Shown: positions 1 to 8,286 of the stretch, one piece after another
Layout of the letters: each line of letters begins with the position of its first letter
Position numbering within the stretch: the stretch's first letter is position 1
DNA from: an uncultured delta proteobacterium
Lineage (GTDB): Bacteria > Myxococcota_A > Polyangia > Polyangiales > B10-G4
Length of the DNA stretch: 64,000 nucleotides
NCBI GenBank assembly: GCA_963727445.1
Contig: CAVSGI010000010.1
Location: forward strand, 96,001-160,000
Reading direction: 5' to 3'
Translations under genes and position numbers: made by a program
Notes under the pieces: generated by a model
Told to the model about the DNA's origin: nothing
The model's input: only the letters and a program-made list of their open reading frames with translations
Databases searched by the model: none

Positions 1-2
1 TC

Positions 3-482
3 GGCCGCCGGCGGCCCGTGGAGCGCGGGGTCGTAGGCGATCCGGAAGAGCCCGTGTCCGAGGGAGGTGCCGGCGGCGGGGTCCGCGCTCTCGCTCGCGC
101 GGAAGAGGACGGTGCCGGCCGCCGGCGCGTGCACGTAGAAGGTCTGCGGGTGATCGAAGAAGACCACGGCGGGGAAGATCGAAGGGGTGTCTTCGAGCCG
201 CCACCGGTCCTCCGCGCTCTCCGCGCTCCCCGTCAGCCCTTCGGTGTCGAGGAGGGTCTCGAAGCGCGAGGCGATGGAGACGAGGGGAAACGCCACCATC
301 ACCGCCCCGATCCCGAGCCGTTGAAGACCCGAGAGCCCGAAGAGCGAGGGCCTGGCGATGGACAGTACGTTGACCAGGGCCCAGGCCAGGGCGTAGGCGA
401 GCACCAGTGACCACACGGTCAGCTCGGGCATGAGCGCCCAGGCGACGAGCGTCAGGACGAGAATGGGGCCCTGGCGATGCAC
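3..482 (-). CDS. Partial membrane-anchored hypothetical protein (runs off the left edge)
   Basis: Manual translation from GTG at 482: MHRQGPILVLTLVAWALMPELTVWSLVLAYALAWALVNVLS... with about 3 hydrophobic segments, open to the window edge; divergent from the kinase at 518. Confidence 0.6.
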   Translation of the reverse strand, partial: MHRQGPILVLTLVAWALMPELTVWSLVLAYALAWALVNVLSIARPSLFGLSGLQRLGIGAVMVAFPLVSIASRFETLLDTEGLTGSAESAEDRWRLEDTPSIFPAVVFFDHPQTFYVHAPAAGTVLFRASESADPAAGTSLGHGLFRIAYDPALHGPPAA

Positions 483-517
483 GACGGCAGTGTCGCACGG
501 AGTAGGATGGCGGCGTC

Positions 518-2333
518 ATGGACGACAATCAGACCCTCGTGGACGACCACGGCCCCGATCCTTCGCGCGCACCGCTCACTCCATCGGTGCAGGCGCCGGT
601 GCCCCTGACGCCGAAGCAGCGCTACACGGATCTCGGGACGCTGGGCGAGGGCGGGATGGGGACGGTGCTCCTCTGCGAAGATGTCCAAGTCGGGCGGCGC
701 ATCGCGCTCAAGAAGCTCAAGGGGAGCCGCGGAAACAACGCATCCGCGATGGCGCGCTTCGTCCGCGAGGCGCGCGTGCAGGGCCAGCTCGAGCACCCGG
801 CCGTGCTCCCGGTCTACGACCTCGGCGTGGACGAAGCTGGCGCCGTCTACTTCACGATGAAGCGCGTGCGCGGCCGGACGCTCGAGGAGGTGCTGTCCGA
901 CCTGAAGACCGGCGTCGCTGCGACCACGGCCGAGTACGACCTTCACCGGCTGGTTTCGATCTTCGCCCAGCTCTGTCTGGCGGTCGACTACGCCCACCAG
1001 CACGGGGTCCTGCACCGCGACATCAAGCCCGCGAACGTGATGCTCGGCGACTTCGGCGAGGTCTACCTGGTCGATTGGGGGCTGGCCAAGCTCCTCGCGC
1101 CGACGACATCCCTCGCGAAGCGGGCGCGCGCCGACGGCCGGCCCAGCGGTGGGCAGACCGCCGCCGGAGCGCTCCTCGGCACGCCGGGATACATGTCCCC
1201 GGAACAGTGCCGCGGATGAGCGCGACCTGGGCGCGCCCTCGGACGTCTACGCCCTCGGCTCCGTGCTCTTCGACATCCTCACGCTCGTGCCGCTGCACCA
1301 GGGCTCGTTCGCGCAGATCCTCGCCTCCACCATCGCGGGCACGGAGCGCCGTCCCTCCAAGCGGGCGCCCGAGCGCGAGGTGCCGCCCGAGCTCGACGCG
1401 ATCTGCGAAAAGGCGACCGCGCGCGATCCCGCCGATCGCTTCGCCACTGCGCGCGCGCTGCACGACGCGGTGGAGGGGTGGCTCAAGGGCAAGCGGGATG
1501 CGGAGCTGCGTCGCGAGGCTTCGCGCGAGCACGCGGCGCGCGCCGGCGAGGCGGGGAGCGAGACCCTGGAGGCGCGACGCGTCGCGATGCAGGAGCTCGG
1601 GCGGGCGCTCGCCCTCGATCCCGAAAACGACCAGGCGGTGGGGATGCTCGCCGAGCTTCTGGCGACGCCGCCGAGAGAGCGGCCGGCGGCGGTCGACGAA
1701 AAGCTCCGGAGCTTCGAGCAGCAGCAGCTCGCGCGCGTCGGGCGTCTGGCGGCGCTCGCCTATGGCTCGCTCTTTCTCTTCATCCCCCTCCTCATGTGGC
1801 ACGGCGTCCGCGACGTGGCGCCCTTCGCGGCGTTCTTCGGGCTGGCCGCGGTGTGCACCGCCATGAGCGCGTACGCCTCCACCAAGCCGGAGGTCTCGAT
1901 CGACTTCGTCGGCGTGCTCATGCTGGCCAGCAGCACGATGTTCCTCTGCACGTGGCCTTTCTACGGGCCGCTGCTCCTGACGGCGCCGTCGCTCATCGCC
2001 AACGCGGTCGGGTTCACCTTGCTCTTCGCGGGCCGCTGGCGCGTGGCCACCATCGCCGTGGGCATCGTCTTCATCGCCGGGCCGATCGCGCTCGAAGCGA
2101 TGGGGATCGTCCCGGCGACCTTCGCCTTCGAAGGCGGCGCGATCACGCTCTTTCCCGGTGCGCTCGATTTTCGCGAGGTGCCCAGCCTGGTGCTGGTCAC
2201 GCTCTCGGCGACGAGCTCGCTCCTGATCGCCTGTCTCACCGCAAGCGCCGTTCGCCTCCAGCTCAAGAGCGCCGAGGAGCGCATCTACCTGACGGAGTGG
2301 CAGGTGCGCGCGATGGTGCCTTCGGGGCGTTGA
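518..2333 (+). CDS. Hanks-type Ser/Thr protein kinase with C-terminal 6-TM domain; one frameshift near 1215
   Basis: GEGGMG, IALK, HRDIKPAN, DWG and GTPGYMSPEQ in ORF 518-1219. SDVYALG and the TM helices continue in ORF 1149-2333. Removing one base at cgcggatgagcgc restores EQCRGERDL. Confidence 0.9.
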
Positions 2334-2339
2334 GCGCGC

Positions 2340-3155
2340 TCAGACAGAGTCGGAGAGGACGGGCAGGGGCTCTTCCGACGTCGTGCCTCGGAGCTCGCGG
2401 AGGAAGCGCTCGTGTCGTTCGGCGTAGAGCCGGTGATAGCGGCCCTTGAGCTTGCGGGCCTGGACGTCCTCGGCTCCGCAGTCGACCCAGGGGAGCCAGT
2501 CGAAGGTGTAGCGCATCTTCGCGTTGGGGAGCGGGACGCCTTTGGTGAGCCCCGGGTTGTCGATGCCGATGAAGAGCGGCACCAGGGGAACACCCGTCCG
2601 GCAGGCCACCTCGAAGGGGCCGCGGTGGAAGCGGAGCAGCTCGTGGGGCGGAGAGCGCGTGCCCTCGGGGAAGGCGACCACGGGTCGGCCGGCCCGAATC
2701 GCTTCGGCCATCCGCTCGAGCGCGGGCTCGTAGTCTCCCTCGTCCCCCGGCAGGCCCGGTCCCGCGATGTAATGAGTGGACTTCACCACCCACCTCAGGA
2801 TCCACCCCTTGTACCAAGCCGCCTTCACCACCGTGGTCAGCCCCTCGAGCCAGCCCAGGCAGAAGAGGACGTCAATCAGGCTCGGATGGTTGGCGATGAG
2901 GACGTAGGGACGGTCTCGTGGGACGTCGGGAGGCAGCGAAAGGGGCTGGTATTCGATGAGACCGGCGACCTTGAGCCACCACATGAAGAGGGGGTAGGCC
3001 CGCGACATCCACCGGCTGACGAAATCCCGCTGTCGCTCCCGGCTGAAGGTGAGCAGCAGGAGGAACGGAAAGAAGAGCAAGCTCGCGGTGATCCCCGCGC
3101 CGAAAAACATGACGAAGGAGAGCGCGGCGAGCGTCTTTCGCAGCCAGACCGGCAT
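2340..3155 (-). CDS. Lysophospholipid acyltransferase (PlsC family)
   Basis: NHPSLID (HX4D) and FPEGTRS motifs, N-terminal TM; start chosen at MPVWLRK. Confidence 0.9.
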   Translation of the reverse strand: MPVWLRKTLAALSFVMFFGAGITASLLFFPFLLLLTFSRERQRDFVSRWMSRAYPLFMWWLKVAGLIEYQPLSLPPDVPRDRPYVLIANHPSLIDVLFCLGWLEGLTTVVKAAWYKGWILRWVVKSTHYIAGPGLPGDEGDYEPALERMAEAIRAGRPVVAFPEGTRSPPHELLRFHRGPFEVACRTGVPLVPLFIGIDNPGLTKGVPLPNAKMRYTFDWLPWVDCGAEDVQARKLKGRYHRLYAERHERFLRELRGTTSEEPLPVLSDSV

Positions 3156-3214
3156 CGACCGCCCACTCTTAGCAGGCTGTCGCCGCCTCGCCACGGGTTG
3201 CCGCTTCGGCCCAC

Positions 3215-4222
3215 ATGTGCGAGGCCTTTCGGCCGAGGACAAACGTGGAGAAGGGGACAAAGGCCTCCGAGCGGCCCGCGTGGATTCGCGAGGCCATCCT
3301 CGCCGGACAGCGCTACCACGTCCGGACCAAGAGCCCCCTGCTCCACAACGCGATCAACCTCGGGGCCACGACCGCATTGGTCCTGCTCCTGGTGGTGATC
3401 GCCTGGGCGGGGAAGGTGGTCCATCCCGCGCTCTACGTGCCGCTCGCGGCCTATGCCTTCGGCAACACCTACTTCGCCCTCTTCGTGTTGGTCGTGCACG
3501 AGGCCTCCCACGGGATGTTCTTGATCAGCAAGAACCGCCGCGCCCGCGACGCCTTCAACCGCGCGGCTGGTTGGTCGGTCGCAGTTTTCTTTGCGACGCA
3601 CTATCCGAAGCACTGGGAGGTCGGTCACCTCGAGCACCACGTGAGGCCGCTCGAGCCCAACGATCCGCAGGCGCACAACACGCTCACCGGGAAGGTTCTG
3701 CTCCGGCGCGTCCTCGCGTGCGTGTTCGTTCCCGGCTTTCTCTTTCTCGAGCGCACCGTCTTTCGAAAGAAGAAGTCCGGGGGCAAGTCGGGGAGCACCA
3801 CCTCGGCCATCGTTGGCTTCGTGGTGGTCTGGGCGATCGCGCTGACGCTCCTGACGTCGACCTGCGGGTGGGCCTCGGCGCTGGCCGCCTTTTTGGGCAT
3901 CCACGTGATCGTGGCGTTCAATCACGTCAAAGGCTCGCTCGAGCACGGCGGCGCGATCGGGCGCGAGGAGGACCCGTTTCTGCGGTCGCGCTCGACCTTC
4001 TTCCCCGGTCGCTTCTTCCTGATGCCCTTCAACATCAGCCTGCACTTCGAGCACCACCTCAATTACGGGGTCCCCTGGTACGACCTGGTCCGTTATCACC
4101 GCGATCTGCGACAGATCGTGCCCGCGAACGTTCGGCGGGACGTCTGGAACCACCACCCGCTGCTCCAACTCGCGGGCGCGCTCGGCGGCGTTCGGCCCGA
4201 AGGAGAGGCGCAGGGCGCCTGA
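3215..4222 (+). CDS. Membrane fatty acid desaturase family protein
   Basis: Three His boxes HEASH, HLEHH, HFEHH plus hydrophobic segments; start uncertain. Confidence 0.88.
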   Translation: MCEAFRPRTNVEKGTKASERPAWIREAILAGQRYHVRTKSPLLHNAINLGATTALVLLLVVIAWAGKVVHPALYVPLAAYAFGNTYFALFVLVVHEASHGMFLISKNRRARDAFNRAAGWSVAVFFATHYPKHWEVGHLEHHVRPLEPNDPQAHNTLTGKVLLRRVLACVFVPGFLFLERTVFRKKKSGGKSGSTTSAIVGFVVVWAIALTLLTSTCGWASALAAFLGIHVIVAFNHVKGSLEHGGAIGREEDPFLRSRSTFFPGRFFLMPFNISLHFEHHLNYGVPWYDLVRYHRDLRQIVPANVRRDVWNHHPLLQLAGALGGVRPEGEAQGA

Positions 4223-4303
4223 ACAGCCCCGAATTGGGGCAACAAAGCCCCGAAACCACCCAAACTCCACCCCGGCTGGCGTGTATCTTACACTGCAGGT
4301 CGA

Positions 4304-6461
4304 ATGGCTGATTTTTCCGAGAGATACCAGCTGCGCGTTCCCCTCGGAGAGACCGAGGTCGGGGCGGTCTGGGAGGCCCTCGACAACGAGGGCGGCCGCT
4401 CGGTCGTGGTCGTCGTCCTGGAAGAGGACGCCCCCGAGGATCTGAAGGCGCATTTCGAGAAGACCTACGAGGCGCTCCATGGTCTCGACTCCCCCCACCT
4501 CGTGAAGGTCTTGGACCGAGGACAGACGGACGAGGGTGGACCCTACGCGGCGATCGAGAAGCTCGAGGGGCGACCGCTGATCGCGTTCATGGACGACGCC
4601 GACGCCAAGGCGTCGATTCGCGAGGCGGTGGAGTGGTTGATGGGCGCCCTCGAGGGGCTCGAGGCCGCGCACGGTGCGGGCATCGCCCATGGCGACATGG
4701 AGCCGGGTAACGTCTTCCTCGCCGATGTCGGCGGAGAGAAGGTGCCCAAGATCATCGGTTGGGGCCTCAACCGCGCATTCATTCGCGCCGGCCTTCACGA
4801 GCCCGAGGATCCCGAGGCTGAATCGCTCTTGCGCTCCCTCGCCTTCGCGGCGCCCGAGCAGAGCGACGCCAAGCGTGGGCCGGAGGCCACCGACGATCTC
4901 TACGGCGTGGCCGCGATCCTCTACGACGCCCTGACCGGCGAGCTCCCTCATCACGGGACCAGCGTCGACGAGATCCGCGAGTCGCTTTCGTCTTCGAAGG
5001 TCGTGCCGACGCAGAAGCTCCGTCGCGAGGTCGCGGGCACGATGGCCGCGCTCGTCGATCGATGCCTTCAGAGCGAGATCAAGCGACGGCCGGGCAACGC
5101 GCAGGCGCTGCATCGCTCCCTCAAGTCGGCGTTGAGCTTCTCGTCACGCATCGCCGACCTCGATCTCGCCCACGGTCGCCGGAGCCTCACGCCTTCGGAA
5201 GAGCTGCTCGAGGAGAAGGCGAAGGCGCTCGAGGCGGGGTCGGGCTTCGCGGTACCGAAGCCCGCCGGTGGTGGCCTGAGCGCCAAGCGCTCCTCCGCCG
5301 TCGCGCAGACCACGCCCGGGATCGGCGCGCCGGCTGCGGCCGTCCCTGCGCCAGCCGTGAAGTCCGCCGCCAAGGAGGACGAGGCGACGGACGGGCCGGA
5401 AGAGGCCGAGGCCTCCGCGGAGGCGCCCGAGGAGAGCCAGGCCGAAGCTCCCGCCGCCGAGGCTGCCTCTGACGATGCCGCCGAGGCCGCAGGAGCCGAG
5501 GAAGAGGCGGAAAAGCCCGAGAAGAAGGCCCCGGTGATGCCGAAGCCGAAGGCGCCCTTCGGTCTGTCCCCGAAGGCGCCGAAGGTCCCGAAGTCGCCCA
5601 AGGCCGCCGCTTTCCCGCCCCCGGCGTCGAAGAAGATCGAGGCCGCTTCCGAAGAAGCGGAAGAAGAGCCGCCGGCGGAGGGCGAGGAGAAGCGGACTTC
5701 GGAAGAGCCTGGGCGGATTCTCGCTCGCGGACGCCGAGGAGATCGAGGCGCCGCCGCCGCCGTCGCCTCCCAAGTCGATGCCGCCGCCGGTGCCGCCGAA
5801 GAGCACCCCACCGCCGCCGCCGCCCGCGGCGCTCGCCGCCGCCGCCCCCGCCCCCGTTCTGGACGAGGTCGAGACCGAAGCCGCCGAGGAAGAAGAGGAT
5901 CCCTTCCTCGCGCCCATCGTCCCCGACGCGGACGACGTGCCGCTCGAGCCCACCATCCCCACGACCCGTCCGAACATGAAGTTGATCGGCGGGGGGATCG
6001 CGGGTGCGATCGTCATCCTGCTTCTCATCGTCGTCGCCTCGAGCGGCGGTGACGACGAGACGCCAGTCAGCGAAGCGCCCAGCTACGAGTCGTTGCCCGA
6101 CGAGACGCCCGCCGAAGCGCAGGGCGAAGAGTCCGAGACCCTGGCCGCCGAGGCCGAGGCCGAGGAGGCGCGGGCTGCGGAAGCCGCGGCGGCGGAAGAG
6201 GCGGCCGCCGCCGAGGCCGCGGCTGCGGAGGCCGAGGCCGAAGAGACCGAGACCGGAGCGCTCGAAGAAGAGGGTGCGGAGCAGGGCGAGGTCGTGGCCG
6301 AAACCGAAGAAGAGGCCGAGGTCGAGGTGGCCGCCGCAGCCCCGGTGATGCGGGCGCGGTCCGCGAGCGTCATGCGCCGTCGCACCGCCCGCATGCGGCG
6401 CGCCGCCATGATGCGCAGCGCCATGATGCGCCCCCGCGTAATCTCCGACCCCGGATTTTGA
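4304..6461 (+). CDS. Ser/Thr kinase-like pseudokinase with Pro/Lys/Glu-rich linker, single TM and acidic exported tail; frameshift near 5700
   Basis: Kinase fold with degenerate motifs (HGDMEPGN, GWG, APEQ, DLYGV). The frame carrying KSLGGFSLADAEEIEAPPPP continues into ORF 5778-6461 with TM IAGAIVILLLIVVA. Confidence 0.8.
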
Positions 6462-6491
6462 CCAAGCGGGGCCTTGGCCCCGCCCACACAA

Positions 6492-6577
6492 GGCTTGGCG
6501 CCACCGTAGCGAAGCGCGGCCCGGAGTGTGGGCGAAGCCCACGCGCCGGGCGTGCGCAGCGCAGGTGGCGCGAAGCC
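6492..6577. repeat. Long imperfect intergenic palindrome (REP-like) between convergent genes
   Basis: Nested pairs ggctt/aagcc, gcgccacc/ggtggcgc, gcccgg/ccgggc, gtgtgggc-gaa-gcccacgc. Confidence 0.65.
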
Positions 6578-6600
6578 GGGACTACGTGCCCTTGCTCTGC

Positions 6601-8259
6601 TCACGGCGTGCAGGTCACCGTGGCGTCTCGCGCCATCATGACCGGGTAGCCGCTGGTGTCCGCCGTGACCAGGACGTCGAAGTCCGTTGGGTGGGTCGCG
6701 AAGGCGCCGTGGAAGGGGCAGCTCCAGAAGCCCGCCACGCCGGAGAGCACCGGGTGGCTCGTGCCCACGGCGGTGCGGGTCACCGACGCGCAGGGGTTTT
6801 CGTACGAGCCGGAGATCGGCGTTCCGAAGACGGACGTCATGTTCTCGGGCGAGCCGTGGATCGCTGCGGAGTAGCCCGGTGAGTTGTAGAAGCTGCACCC
6901 GTAGGAGAAGTACAGGCTGGTCCGACCGCCGTCGGCGTTGCGCCCAAGCTCCTTGAGCCAGTTCGCTGCGGACTGGAAGAACGCGTTCGCGGCGGCGCCT
7001 CCGTGATAGTCGGGGTCACCGGCGAAGACCAGGACGCGGCCCGTGACGGCCGGGCCCCACGCGGCGATGGTGTCCTCGAGCGGGCCGAAGGTCGCGTCGA
7101 GGCTGCCGCTGCAGCTCGCGCCCCCGATCCAGATGATGTCGTACATGCCGAAGTCCGCCGTGGTGAGGGTGCGCCACATGGCCTCTGTCACCACCGTGAC
7201 CGTCGCACCCGCGCCCAAGCTGGTGGTCGCGGTCGTGCCGCCGGGGCTGTACACCAGGATCCGAGGCGTTCCGGTGTAGCAGCTGACGCCGCAGCTTCCG
7301 CCGGTGCACATGACCCCCGGGTCGCAGGTGACCCCGCAGCCGCCACAGTTGGACTCGTCGCTCGACACGTCCATCTCGCAACCGTTGGTCGGGTCCATGT
7401 CGCAGTCGGCCCAGCCGGTGTCACAGGTGAATCCACAGGCGCTGCCTGTGCAGCTCGCGGTGGCGTTGGCCGGGGCAGCGCAGGCGTTGCCGCACATGCC
7501 GCAGTTCATCGTGTCGCTGGTCACGTCGGTCTCACAGCCGGTCATCGTGTCGCCGTCGCAATCGCCGAGGCCGGCGGTGCACATCAGGCCGCACACACCC
7601 GCGCTACAGGCGCCGACACCGCCGTCTTCGTCGGGGCAGACCGTCGCGCACGCGCCACAGTTCATCGCATCGGCGGAGATGTCGACTTCGCAGCCGTTGG
7701 TCGCGTCGCCGTCACAATCGGCGTGCATGGCGTCGCAGGTGGAGCTGCATACCCCACCCATGCAGGCGGCGACGGACCCCGCGGGGACCGGACACGCCAC
7801 GGCGCAGCCGCCGCAGTTCGCCGGATCGCTCCCGGTGTCGATGCAGGCGCCCCCACAGGCGGTCTCGCCGGTCGCGCAGTCCGAGGCGCACGCGCCCCGG
7901 CTGCACACCTGACCGGAGGGGCACGCGTTGCCGCAACCGCCGCAGTTCATGGGATCGGCGTTGACGTCGATGCACGCACCGTCGCAGCTCATCTGGGTCC
8001 CCGGACAACCCGCGCCGCACACCCCGCCGCTGCAGAGCTGTCCCGGATCGCACGCGTTGCCGCAGCTGCCGCAGTTGGCCGCCGAGGTCATGAGATCGGC
8101 GCAAGCCGAGCCGCAGAGCGTCGCGGGCGCCGGGCAGCCCCCGCCGCCGGTGTCGGTCGCGCCGTCCAGAGGACCGCCGGCACGCCGGCCGCTGGCGCAG
8201 GCGGCGAGCAGCAAGAGGGCCAACGTCGCGATCCTGGCGCTACATCCGAACGAGCTCAT
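6601..8259 (-). CDS. Cys-rich repeat lipoprotein with C-terminal globular domain
   Basis: Lipobox LLAAC; six NCGxCxxxC repeats typical of myxobacterial Cys-rich proteins; about 230 aa non-repeat C-terminus. Confidence 0.85.
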   Translation of the reverse strand: MSSFGCSARIATLALLLLAACASGRRAGGPLDGATDTGGGGCPAPATLCGSACADLMTSAANCGSCGNACDPGQLCSGGVCGAGCPGTQMSCDGACIDVNADPMNCGGCGNACPSGQVCSRGACASDCATGETACGGACIDTGSDPANCGGCAVACPVPAGSVAACMGGVCSSTCDAMHADCDGDATNGCEVDISADAMNCGACATVCPDEDGGVGACSAGVCGLMCTAGLGDCDGDTMTGCETDVTSDTMNCGMCGNACAAPANATASCTGSACGFTCDTGWADCDMDPTNGCEMDVSSDESNCGGCGVTCDPGVMCTGGSCGVSCYTGTPRILVYSPGGTTATTSLGAGATVTVVTEAMWRTLTTADFGMYDIIWIGGASCSGSLDATFGPLEDTIAAWGPAVTGRVLVFAGDPDYHGGAAANAFFQSAANWLKELGRNADGGRTSLYFSYGCSFYNSPGYSAAIHGSPENMTSVFGTPISGSYENPCASVTRTAVGTSHPVLSGVAGFWSCPFHGAFATHPTDFDVLVTADTSGYPVMMARDATVTCTP

Positions 8260-8286
8260 CCAACACCTCTGAGAAAGAAAAGCGAC

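Noticed and set aside
1200..1225. Selenocysteine or stop readthrough at the kinase TGA
   Set aside because: The continuation is in a different frame, so it is an indel rather than an in-frame recoded stop
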